Shown: positions 9,539 to 21,010 of the stretch, one piece after another
Layout of the letters: each line of letters opens with the position of its first letter
Numbering within the stretch: the first letter of the stretch is position 1
Assembly (NCBI GenBank): GCA_001179505.1
Contig: CDMY01000279.1
Location: forward strand, 1 to 64,000
Length of the DNA: 64,000 nucleotides
Reading direction: 5' to 3'
From: Vitrella brassicaformis CCMP3155
Taxonomy: Eukaryota > Protista > Chromerida
Notes under the pieces: generated by a model
Seen by the model: the letters and a program-made list of their open reading frames with translations, nothing else
Databases searched by the model: none
What the model was told of the DNA's origin: nothing
Position numbers and translations under genes: made by a program

Positions 9539-11017
9539 ATGATGATTTGGCTGCTGCGGTGGTGGACGTCTCGCTTCTCTTATCGGCGAGTGGCGACATC
9601 CACTGAGGAGGATGACTCCACCACTCAGCTATCGGTCGTCATCGGTGGCGCTGGCGCTGACCAAGGGCTTCCTGCTGACGTCTTCGCCCGTGTGGTCATC
9701 CCTCTGCTGCCTGTCGACGATGCCGTGAGGCTCCGGGCGGTCGGCAAGGCCTACGGCGCTCAGCTGATCGATGAGGCGTTCCTTCTCGGTCGCATCAAGA
9801 GCTGCCTGGCCCAGCAGCAGCTCACCGGCCTCATCAATGTGGAGAGGGACCGCGGCGCCGACACCTCGGCCCCTCCCCTCCCAGCACCCCTCTTGCGATT
9901 GGGGTACCTCGCTCGCTGTGCCTACGTCATCGAGCGGGCGGCTGAGTGGCGCTATATGGCCAGATTTATCAGGGTGGCAAGTGCCTGCGGTGCGGCTGGC
10001 CAGCTGCCCCTGGTGCTGTCGGGTGAGAGTGTGGCGGCTCATATTCCCGACAAGGAAACTTTCCATCGGCTGCCTGCTGCCATGGCCGTCTACAAGACAC
10101 TTGGCCATCAGTTCGGCAGTGACGCTGACAACGGCAGTCAACAGCTGACCGAGGGCGGCAGAGGGGAGACCGATGTCTTTATTATCCCCACCAACCTGCT
10201 GCTGCGACTCCTGACGGCAGTTGTTTACGTGGTCTATGTGCTGCTGTGGATCTGCTTAGTCGTGCACCTTGCGCTGTCTTTCTATCACGATGAAATCCTC
10301 AAGGCTCCGCATGACAACTGGCTTGTCTTGCGGTGGATTGGTGCCGGCTTTTACTGCATCTGGGTGGGGACGGGCCTGTTCCTTGCGGCCTTCCTCCTCT
10401 ATGGGCGGGTCATGATCTTCTTGCTGCACGCAAGGAGCAGGCTAGTGCAATGGTATGCCATCGGCGAGAGGCAGTTCCGCATCGTCGAGAGGAACGAGCT
10501 GTGGCGGCCCATTTTCGGCCGCCCTGTCTACTGCCCCAGTGACCCGCCGGTCAACACCGAGGGCCGCTTCCCACTCTCATCCAAAATGACCGATCGCGTC
10601 TATCGTTCATTTAACGCCTTTGCCCTCGACACGCTGCTGGGACTCAACCACGTCAATCGCGCCACGAAGATCACCCTCAATGTCAGCGCGAGCTGGCGTG
10701 CTTTCCTACGCTACTCAGCGGTGCTGGGCGATTCCTTCCCCTGCGAGCCTGACATGGTCGTCATCGACATGCAAGAGTCAGAGAGGGAGCCGCCAAGGCG
10801 GCAGCCACTTTCGTACCGACCCAGACGTGTTGTGGTGCTACTACTGGCTGGTGGTTTGGTGGCCTCCGTACACCTGGGGGAGCGTATCAATATCCACGGG
10901 CACATGATGCCGCAGATCGAGGTCGCGACGAGCGAGTGGGAGGTGACCGGTGGGGCAGCTGTCACCATGGCTCGTGTGCGGCAGCTGCTGAGGCGATTCG
11001 GGCTCATAGTGCCATGA
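9539..11017 (+). CDS. Intronless F-box-like protein with two-TM insert, copy 3 (492 aa)
   Basis: Paralog. An in-frame 7-aa deletion near the N-terminus (RRVA-TSTEE) supports this frame as coding; two TM helices at about 10200-10430. Confidence 0.8.
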   Translation: MMIWLLRWWTSRFSYRRVATSTEEDDSTTQLSVVIGGAGADQGLPADVFARVVIPLLPVDDAVRLRAVGKAYGAQLIDEAFLLGRIKSCLAQQQLTGLINVERDRGADTSAPPLPAPLLRLGYLARCAYVIERAAEWRYMARFIRVASACGAAGQLPLVLSGESVAAHIPDKETFHRLPAAMAVYKTLGHQFGSDADNGSQQLTEGGRGETDVFIIPTNLLLRLLTAVVYVVYVLLWICLVVHLALSFYHDEILKAPHDNWLVLRWIGAGFYCIWVGTGLFLAAFLLYGRVMIFLLHARSRLVQWYAIGERQFRIVERNELWRPIFGRPVYCPSDPPVNTEGRFPLSSKMTDRVYRSFNAFALDTLLGLNHVNRATKITLNVSASWRAFLRYSAVLGDSFPCEPDMVVIDMQESEREPPRRQPLSYRPRRVVVLLLAGGLVASVHLGERINIHGHMMPQIEVATSEWEVTGGAAVTMARVRQLLRRFGLIVP

Positions 11018-11237
11018 CTGACTGACTCGTATTGGTTGGTTTTTGTGCGGTGGCCATGATTGCTATGTGGCGTGTGTCCGGCACCACCCGGCCTGGGAGC
11101 TGGAGGGAGGGGAGATGGGGGGAGGGATAGAGACAGACATGGATGCGTGTCGGTGTGTGACCTTCATTTCTTATGCAAAGGCTGGCGCCAAATTGGCTCC
11201 GGAGTTTACCGGAGAGGAGTAGACCTTTATTTGATGA

Positions 11238-14200
11238 ATGGAAAGGCTGCCGGCGCCGAACTTGGAAACTCCGTCAAACAGAGATGCTCGGGAATTTACC
11301 GGAGAGGACTCCCCTGGCCAAATGACCTACATCGGCGGCTGGACCGGCCCTGAGAGAGGCGGCAAATGCATCTTTGACAACCAGGTCCACAGCAAAACAC
11401 ACCGCGCCCTGCATTGGGCTTCTCCTGGCGCTTCTCATCTCTCTCTCTCTGTACTTGCAGGATGTGTACGTGGGCGAGTGGGTCACCGGCCATGCGGACG
11501 GGTCAGCCAATGATGCCACACCGCCATCTGCCGCAATGCATGGGAGATGCCGCTGCGTGTGTTTCTCGCAGACACGGCGTAAGAGTATGGGATGACGGCT
11601 GCCGCTACGAAGGCCAATGGAAGAACGGCCTGGTGAGATCGGTTCAACTTGCTCATCCATGGGTGCGTAATCTTCCGTGGTTGTGTGTGCATGTGCAGCC
11701 GCATGGCAGGGGGAAGGTCACCCATGTCGATGGCGGCTACCAGGATGGCCAGTGGGGGCAGGGGATTCTGACAGGGTGGGCGGATGAACGACTGCAAATG
11801 GTGTCCTTTTCCATCATTATCCCGTGCCACATGGCCTCGTTGCCCGTTGGCAGCTTCGGAGTCAGTGTCCATACGAATGGCAACCGATACGAAGGCCAGA
11901 TGCTGAACGCTCTGGTCGGTCGGAAAGCGAGACACAGGGACATTTCTGCATGGCTTTGGTTGCGTGCCTTTGGACAGGCGCACGGCAAGGGCACCTTCAC
12001 AGGCGTGGTAATCGCACTGATCTCTCCATCCATCCATCCATCCATCCATCCCGCCTCATGCACGCTGTGCTTCGTGTATCGTGCAGGACGGGAGTGTGTT
12101 TGAGGGCCAGTGGGTCAACAACGTCAAGAGCGGCCACGGCACCATGACATGGTCCGACGGCAGAGTGTACAAAGGCAACTGGGAGTTCGACCAGGTAGGG
12201 TAGGGAAGGCACTGCAGTGCACTGCCGGTGCGGCGCCACACCATGCAGTGCCATGCACCCATGCGTCCGTCCATGTATGTACTTGATGCCGCCCGTGCGT
12301 CAGATGAGTGGGTATGGTGTGGAGACCAGCTCATCTGAGGGCACTGAGTACAAGGCACAGTGGCTCAACGGCCTGCGAGACGGGTGCGGAGGATCGCACC
12401 ACCAGCACACACAAACATTCATTCTGGGTGGGTCTGTGGGGCTGGCTGTGTGGTTGGCAGGCAGGGGTGTCTGACGTACTTCACGGGTCCCCGAAGTGGT
12501 GACAAGTACGAGGGCGACTGGCAGCAGGGCTCGGCCACTGGCGCAGGCAGCATGATCTACAGCAATGGAGACAAATACATCGGCCAGTGGCTCAACGGAC
12601 TCGTACGCACCGACCCCTGACGCCACATACACAGAGAACATGAATGAATGCATCGTGCACTTTGCGCCCCTCCCCCCCTGCCCTCATGACAGAAACACGG
12701 CTACGGCATCCAGCAGTATGCGGTGCGACGCCAGATGCAGCCAACCATGCGCATGATGAGGCGTGCGTGCGTGCGTGTGTGTGTGTGTGTGAGTGTTGTG
12801 CAGGTGGACATGGTCACGTACGAGGGCTCGTGGGTCAACGGCAAGCGCGAGGGGCAGGGCACCATCACACGACCAGGATGCAAGCCGTCTCAAGGCACAT
12901 GGAAGGACGACAAGGTATATGGAACACTCAACACACAAGACACAACACACAACATACAACACACACACCTCCGGCAGATAATGACTGGGATCCCTTGCCT
13001 CTCTCTCGTGTCTCATCGATATGCAGATGCTACCGCCGAGCCTCCGCACTCACACGTACGCCACCACGACGGGTCATGCAGCCGCCGCACCATGCCTCTG
13101 TCACAGGGCCAGCCGCCCGCCGCCGACCGTCAAGTCCCTCACAAACAAGCCTGCATGGACGGCCGAGAAGGCAGCGGCCCGGAAGGCCCGGGCGGATCGC
13201 ATCATGGCTGAGCTGATCAGAGAGGAGGAGGCGGACAAGGCGCGCAGGCAGGAGGAGGAGACGAGAGCGATGGAGGCGGTGCGCAAGCTCAAGGCCAAGA
13301 GGGAGAGGGCGGCCGCGCGCAAGTCATGCCCTGCCATCGAAACACCAGCACGGTGGGTGGGTGGATGGCTGGGCATGAGGCGGGTCACATGTGGCTCACA
13401 GGCGGGCAATGTGTGTGTGTGTGTGTGTGTGTGTGTCAGGTCTGACGATGAGAATGAGCAGGAGAAGGAGGACACTCCGGCCGCTTCCACGTCTCTGTCT
13501 CCCTCTGCCGACCAGTCCAAGTGAAGCCGATCGCTGCCGGCTCGTGTTGCTAGACGACGTCCCTCCTCTGTCTTTGTGATTTTGGCAGTGTGTTGTGGTT
13601 TGGCGTCTTTGAGCCACCTGTGGATGAGGCAGATGAGGACAACGGCGACCCGTTCATTGCCGTCCCCCGCAAGAAGAAGTCCAAGAACAAGCAGAAGGGC
13701 TGCACGTACCCAAAGACCACGAACGAGACATCAGCCCACGAGTACAGAGAGAGAAAGACGAGACGGTGTGTTGGCTGTCGGCTGCATGGCTCTTTGTGTG
13801 TGTCTGAATGATATGTGTGCAGGTTTGCCCCCAGCACACCGTCACCTGCGTCCGTGAGCAAATGCGCCAGCGCGCGACCCTCCCACTTATCCTCGTTTGC
13901 GTGAGTCGACCAAACAAAGCCGAAGGGCACACAAAATCCTGCCCCATTCTCTCCACGATTGGTGCAGTTCTGTGTCGTATGACAAGCATCAAGATCCCCC
14001 GCGCCACTCCAGCCGAACCACGTAGGCACAGAGAGAGAGGGAGAGGGAGGGATACAGAGACAAAGACATTGGCAGATGTGCAATGACTGCTGTGTCTCGA
14101 CATCCATACCATGCAGCCGTATGGCGATGTGGGTGCCGAAGGCGAAGTCACCCGCCCACCCGAGTACGAGTACGACCACACCATATCGACAGACCAAGAG

Positions 14201-14716
14201 CCTCACAGGTGGGTTGGTACACTGTACATGCCTAAGTACATTGTCGTGTGTTTTGTCCGGCGTCCATTTGCGTGTAGCGGTGCCGCGGCTGCGCAACACG
14301 AGATTGAGGTTGAGCAGGAGAGAGCCCGACTCATGCAGCAGATGCAAGACATCAAGAAACGGTCCGCCTGAATGCATTGCCAGCATCTTTCTGCTTTATC
14401 TGCCATGTCTCCCCTTGTTCTCTCCATCAGACTGTCTGCTCTCACCCCTCCCCGGCCCCCCACCCCCTGCGCCATGTGCTTCGGGCAGCACGGCCACGCC
14501 ACCGCCATGTTCATGCCCTGCAGACACCTGATCCTCTGTGAGCCCTGCCTGGCCGTCTACACATCAGCACACGCAGTGAGGGCCAGCCAGGCGGTCATGC
14601 GCGGTGAGGAGGAGCCGGTGCTGCGGTGTCTGTGCGGGGCGACGGCGTACGACGCCGACACGAAGGAGAACCTGATGCGCAAGTTGGAAGAGCACTTCAC
14701 GTGGGGATTCATGTAG
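11238..14716 (+). CDS. Multi-exon MORN-repeat protein with coiled-coil/acidic middle and C-terminal RING-like zinc finger
   Basis: About ten or more MORN units in GT-AG exons (DVYVGEWVTG, RYEGQWKNG, VFEGQWVNNVKSGHG, KYEGDWQQG, KYIGQWLNG, TYEGSWVNGKREGQG). The last exon encodes CAMC...MPCRHLILCEPC...CLC. Confidence 0.85.
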
Positions 14717-15083
14717 GCGTGCAGTGGATGGATGGCGCTGTGTGTGTCCTGCGAGAGACGCGAGGGGTTGGACAATTCACCATCCGTCCATCCATCCATC
14801 CATCCATCCATGTGTGTGTATGCCCGCATTGCAACCCTGACTTGTTGATCGTGTGCGTGTCTGTGGATGGGCATCTATCGCATCGTTCATGCGCACGGCC
14901 GCAGTGGCTGCTGGTGAATGAATGGTGAAGACCACAAGACAGAGCATATATTGACAAATCCTAGTTAGTCGAAGGAAGAAAGTCCTCAAAACACCAACAG
15001 CATAGCTCACAGATAGCTCACTGTCAACAAATACCCAGAGATCTCACACGCCCACCACAGGGAAACCCCATCCGGCACATTAC

Positions 15084-18000
15084 TCACTGGTTGGGGGCCC
15101 AGGCGCACTCGGCGCAGTCGGTCGCCCCGACGGTAGCAAACAGCATGAAGGTCCACCAAGTGGCGCAGTCGTCCATCTCGCTCTGGTACACATTCAACGC
15201 CTCCACGAAGGATTCCCTCTTAACTGCATTAATGCAGGCAAGCAATGGGCGTTGCAGACAGACAGACACAAAGTGAAGACACTAGCCCCTTCTTGGCTCA
15301 CATGATGTGTAATCGGATCTGAGTCGCGAGAGGTCGTCCATGCAGACGAGCTCGTCACCATCTGCGTCAAGGTGGAGGAAGAACCTGTGGGCGACCTCAC
15401 ATAGGTTGAGACACTCCGACGTCCAGGCGTCCGTCAACGCAACGCCGCACGGATGTATATACTCGACAAAATCCTGGAACTGAGTGAATGAGGACACAGA
15501 CAGGCGACAGACAACAACATGCACGGCTCTGATGAATGGCTGCAGCCATGCCATCCTCTCTCCAGGCTTAGTTACTTCCTTGGGGTGCGAAGGGTCGCGA
15601 AAGAAACTCCCAAAGCAGATCGGATTGGCGTGGAGCAGAAGGCAGTCGAGGTCGTCTCGAAGCTTGACGACGCTGTGGGGGATGCTGCTGATGTCGTTGA
15701 CGCGCAGGTCGATCACTCTGACCGCGGGAAGGTCCCCTATCCATTCAGGCACCTCGGAGATGCGGCTGAACCCCAGAAACATGAACCTGCGTTGTTGGCA
15801 CACGAACCAAGAGAGAGAGAGAGAGACATGCATGGAAGATATTCCCCATCCACACCAGATAGAAAGCCTCACTCGAGATTCTGTAGCTTCCGCAGCCCTT
15901 TAGGCACCTCCTGCAGACAAGACCGAAACACACAGATAAGCGCACACACACTAAAAAGCGATTGTTGCATCCCACCTCATCTCATCACCTGTAGCTCAGA
16001 TCGGCCGCCCATGAGATATCGCAGGTGCGTCTGTCTCTCTAGCCCCTGGCTGCTGAGCTTCTTGATGGGGTGTCGGGGAAGTATTGTGAAATCCTCCTCG
16101 GAATCGCCCAGGTATGTCACGTTATAACGTTCCGTGAAATTCTTCNNNNNNNNNNNNNNNNNNNNNNNNNNNNNNNNNNNNNNNNNNNNNNNNNNNNNNN
16201 NNNNNNNNNNNNNNNNNNNNNNNNNNNNNNNNNNNNNNNNNNNNNNNNNNNNNNNNNNNNNNNNNNNNNNNNNNNNNNNNNNNNNNNNNNNNNNNNNNNN
16301 NNNNNNNNNNNNNNNNNNNNNNNNNNNNNNNNNNNNNNNNNNNNNNNNNNNNNNNNNNNNNNNNNNNNNNNNNNNNNNNNNNNNNNNNNNNNNNNNNNNN
16401 NNNNNNNNNNNNNNNNNNNNNNNNNNNNNNNNNNNNNNNNNNNNNTCCAGGCGTCCGTCAACGCAACGCCGCACGGATGTATATACTCGACAAAATCCTG
16501 GAACTGAGTGAATGAGGACACAGACAGGCGACAGACAACAACATGCACGGCTCTGATGAATGGCTGCAGCCATGCCATCCTCTCTCCAGGCTTAGTTACT
16601 TCCTTGGGGTGCGAAGGGTCGCGAAAGAAACTCCCAAAGCAGATCGGATTGGCGTGGAGCAGAAGGCAGTCGAGGTCGTCTCGAAGCTTGACGACGCTGT
16701 GGGGGATGCTGCTGATGTCGTTGACGCGCAGGTCGATCACTCTGACCGCGGGAAGGTCCCCTATCCATTCAGGCACCTCGGAGATGCGGCTGAACCCCAG
16801 AAACATGAACCTGCGTTGTTGGCACACGAACCAAGAGAGAGAGAGAGAGACATGCATGGAAGATATTCCCCATCCACACCAGATAGAAAGCCTCACTCGA
16901 GATTCTGTAGCTTCCGCAGCCCTTTAGGCACCTCCTGCAGACAAGACCGAAACACACAGATAAGCGCACACACACTAAAAAGCGATTGTTGCATCCCACC
17001 TCATCTCATCACCTGTAGCTCAGATCGGCCGCCCATGAGATATCGCAGGTGCGTCTGTCTCTCTAGCCCCTGGCTGCTGAGCTTCTTGATGGGGTGTCGG
17101 GGAAGTATTGTGAAATCCTCCTCGGAATCGCCCAGGTATGTCACGTTATAACGTTCCGTGAAATTCTTCTGAACACCGTCCGTGGCATTCCAGCAAGCAC
17201 CGTCTGTGCCGTTCACGCGAAATCTGCACGGTGGAATTATAGGACTTATAGGACGGGCGACCGGCCTGATCTCGGGGTAGATGGCCACCAGCATGTCCTC
17301 GTCGGGGGATGCGCCAGTCCCGGCGTTGGCAAATACATCCATCGTGCCGAAGCCAATCCCCTGAGTGGGAGAGACACCGGGATGCCGCGCTGTTGACACC
17401 GAAGAACCCTGGTGGGTACCTCGAGAGTGGAGAAGAATTCAATGGCGTGGTTGAGCCTGTCGGCTGAGGGCTCCGACGGCTCCTTGGCGTCCAAGTAGAC
17501 ACAGTTGCACGGCAGCTGGAGGGTGAACAAGGGCCCCAGTAAGGGCCATGTCTGATGGGCATCGCACAGGAGAGCAGAGAGCCAGCTGGTTGAGAGAGAG
17601 AGACTTTATTTTTGTTGTGGATCTTTCGGGTGACCTTCAGTACGCACTGGTCCCATCCCTTGATATTGCGTTCGTTGCAGTAGAAGGACCCCCGCGCCCG
17701 CTGCACCGTCTCAAACACAAAATACCCGAGCGCCAGAGCCAGCAGGAGCACCATGAACGGCAGCAAAATGTCTTCCACCAGCTGGACAAGACTCTTCCGC
17801 CTGAAGGTCTGAACGACGCTTTCCTGCGCCCGTTCGACGCCTGGCAAGCCCCACATAGAGAAGGTTGACCTTTTTGCTGCGTCTGCTCCATAAGTGGTGG
17901 CATACCTTTGGCATCTGCCGGAAAGAAAGTAACGTTACCTCGGTTTCTAGCGGGCGAGGTGGGCACGTGTGACGGTGTCGCTGTGGATGGCGGGGTGGAT

Positions 18001-20931
18001 GGCGGGGTCATCGAGATGGCATCAGGCTGACTGGTAGATGGCTGGCTTTCTGCCCGAATGCTCCGCGCTCTGCAGCTGGCGGCCGCGTGGGCACTGTCAC
18101 CGTGTCTCATGGACAGCGCTATCGCCTCTGATTCAGTCTCTTCCAGGAAGTCCTCTACATTCACAATCGCGCCCAGCTGGTCACCAATGCGCATGTGCTG
18201 CATAGCAACACCACCGCCAAAGGCACAAGAGAAACGCTGATCTCTCTCTATGTCTCTGCGCCTCCATTGCCTGTTCGCACCGGCGCGATAGAGTTTCGTG
18301 AAGCCATGGCCATGGACGGCACACGTATGGGGTTGAGCCTTGAGAACAAGCCCTTCGGAGTCAAGCGGGACCGTCCGGTCGACACTGGCTGTGGAGCTTT
18401 GGTCTCTCCGCCGCTCCCCGCGGGAGAGCTCGGCGGGGCCACACTCGCCCTCATCTGCGGCAGAGAAATGACGACGGCCGGCCGGATGCCGCCTGGGGTA
18501 GAAGCGGGGCTGACACGCGTCTGGGGGGTGCCCTTGCGAAACGTGGCTGGTGAGCTCGCCCCAGACGACAGGTGTCCCTCCTGTACGTTGACCCTCAAGA
18601 GTCTCGGAGGCTTGTCTCCTGGGTGTGGTGGCGCAGGTGGGGAGGCTGGCAGGGTTTGGGAGTGATGAGGGATGGGGGAGATGATGCCGCCGACAGACCA
18701 CCGCTTCGACCTCCGGCTGGACCCGGCATCGCTTGCGTCAGCATCCGTGCCAGTCGGCGACCAAACCGACGAAGGGGTATACCCCGGTGTCGTAAGGCTG
18801 ATTTGAGGGGGTGCGTCTGTTGGATTCCTGCCGGGACCGGAGGCCTTGACCGACTCTCTTCGCCGCAGTCCCCAGGTGGATTGCGGGATGCCTTCCCGTG
18901 GGATGCTCTTACTGGCGGGGGTTCCGTCGACTGTCGACAACGGGCTGACCGGTGACCTCTCGGCAGGTAGACTAGCGATGGGGCTTCTGAGGCTCTGTCT
19001 TCCAGGAGTCCAGGGCCTGGATCGTGTGCCAAACCCACTTGTAGGCCGTCTGGAGTACACCCGGCAACTCGTGATGGCCTCGTCGGCGTCGGCCATGACC
19101 TTCTTCCACAGAAGAAAACCCTGCCAGTATGGCAATAGAGATACAAATTGCAGCAAGCCATCTGTTGCGTCTCTGTCCGTCTCTTCGCCTCATTACCTTG
19201 CAAAGCAGCAGCCCATTCAGTGTCCTCAGCTCATGCAGGGCAAGGCACACTGGTACGAAGGTCGCCACGAAGTCAATCGGGCCACGAGAGTGCAGGTGGG
19301 CGAGCGCCCCGAGGGACATGTCGAGCGACACCGATGTGACCACATCGTGGAAGGAGTACATGAAGCCGAGGGAGAAGCTGGCGATCGTCGCGTAGCCCCG
19401 CTTTCGCCGGAGGAGCATGACCACGCACATGAGGGCGTGCATTAGGATGATGAACGTCAGGGAGATGCGGATGTGTGCAAGGCCTGCGGGGATCTCCTCC
19501 CCGGTTGCGGGCTGGATGCCGTCCATAAGGAGAGAGCGGTAGGTCTGGAGGAGCATCTCGAGAGTCTCCTCGCCACACATCAGAATCCAGTACAGCTTCC
19601 TGTATGTTTAAGAGACACAAAGGTGATGGATGCACTGAGACATGGAGAAGTTCTATCTCTACCCATTGATGCCGAAGTAGCGGAACCTGGAAAGCGCAAG
19701 ATAGAGAAGAACGAGACGACTCTTGAAGTGCTGGGTTCCTTATGTGACAATGTGCTCTCACCAAATCAGGAAAATTCGCATCTGTGTGTGGCTGAGCCAC
19801 ACGCGGAATGCCTTGGTGAAGGTGACGGACTCCTCGGTGGTCGACGTATCTCCATCCTCTCCAGACCTGCTTTGAGTGACGATCTTGCTGTTCTTGAGAC
19901 TCAGCGCCACCGACGTGTTGTTAAGTTTGTCATCGCACTCGAATGACTTCAAATATCGCCGCCATCGCTTCTGCTTCCACGCTGATACCGTCGATCGCCA
20001 CCAAATGGTGTGGTTGAGGAAGATCCAGGTCGCGACAACGGCGTACGACAGCCAAAATGCCGTGTAGATCCACGATGGTGTGTCGTGGCGAACGCGGATA
20101 TGGTTCGTCTGCAAATCGGCCTCGACGAACTCAGATATCGAGATGAAGCGAGGGAGGCACTCGCCATCGTAGAAGACTAATCGAAAAAGGGCACACAGAG
20201 AATCATACCTGCGCCCATTGGAATTTTCCCTCTCCCTTTCTTTCACTTGGCGGAATTTCTTCAAGCCGCTCTGCTCCAGCATTTAGCAAGCCAATCCCAA
20301 TGAGCAGCAGCATGAACACTATCATGATATGGACGAGCAACACAATGATATGGATCAACATGAAAGAGGTGGTCGTCATGGTGCCTTTTTGAGGCTCGTA
20401 CCTACCTGTTGTCACCAGATTGACGACGGTCGTGACCTCCCTGAAACGAGCGGCCTCCAAGGTGGGGTCCGTTCCATTGACCCTGAGCTTGAAAGGCCCT
20501 TCGAAGAAAGCTCCCTTGCTCCTGGCCTCGCTCTCCTGCGACGACTCCTCTCGGAGCGGGCGGATGCCGCTGCCGTCCAACGATGTTGACTTGCTGGCCG
20601 TGTCTGTGCTGCCGAGTCCATCACCGAACGTGGCCGTGACGTTGATGCGTCCGTGGCTGCCGCGGCGCCTCAGGCGCTGATCGGCCGTGTCAGTCAAATC
20701 GTTGAGATGCTCCTCGAAAGCTGCGCAATCATTCAATGATATGACATTTGTTATGAAACGAGGAGAGATGAATGCGTTGCTTGTGCCTTGTCACTCACCC
20801 GTTTGTATTCGCGCATTCATGAGGTCATCCGATGAGAACATCTGGGCAAGACCTGCCCGCGGCCGAGTTCGCCCCGAGGGACCGGCAGAGGGAGGCATGT
20901 CCACCGTGCTTGATCTCTTCGTCGAAGACAT
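15084..20931 (-). CDS. Multi-pass (about 7 TM) membrane protein with Cys-rich segment, LRR and EF-hand-like C-terminus
   Basis: Exon 1 ATG at 20931 splices in phase (G|gtgagt...gcgcag|CT). Several TM stretches; LRR ISEVPEWIGDLPAVRVIDLRVNDISSIP...LLLHANPIC; EF-like loop DADGDELVCMDD; stop at 15084. Part of the gene is duplicated across the second gap. Confidence 0.75.
15422..17169. repeat. 724-bp apparently exact direct duplication (15422-16145 vs 16446-17169) flanking the second gap
   Basis: Identical ORFs at offset 1024 (15484/16508, 15519/16543, 15745/16769). Confidence 0.95.
16146..16445. other. Assembly gap (300 N)
   Basis: Run of N. Confidence 1.
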
Positions 20932-21010
20932 GGCTGTTCCCTGCTAGCTCTCTGGGGGCGGCGTGGGGGGTCGGCCGTCTCAAGCTCTTTTCCACGTCAG
21001 AGAGATCCCG

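Noticed and set aside
5382-10141. Conserved minus-strand ORFs antisense to the F-box-like genes (also 36267-37160 +)
   Set aside because: Conservation simply mirrors the sense genes.
11171-11320. Imperfect direct repeat (ggagtttaccggagagga / ggaatttaccggagagga) around the MORN start
   Set aside because: Short local duplication of only two units; no evidence of function.
11374-11460. Signal-anchor-like stretch IGLLLALLISLSLYLQ before the MORN repeats
   Set aside because: It is the translated pyrimidine-rich first intron (gtccac...ttgcag); the listed start is not ATG.
15422-17169. Apparent tandem exon duplication in the LRR gene
   Set aside because: The apparently exact copy flanks a fixed-size 300-N gap, typical of an unmerged contig overlap.
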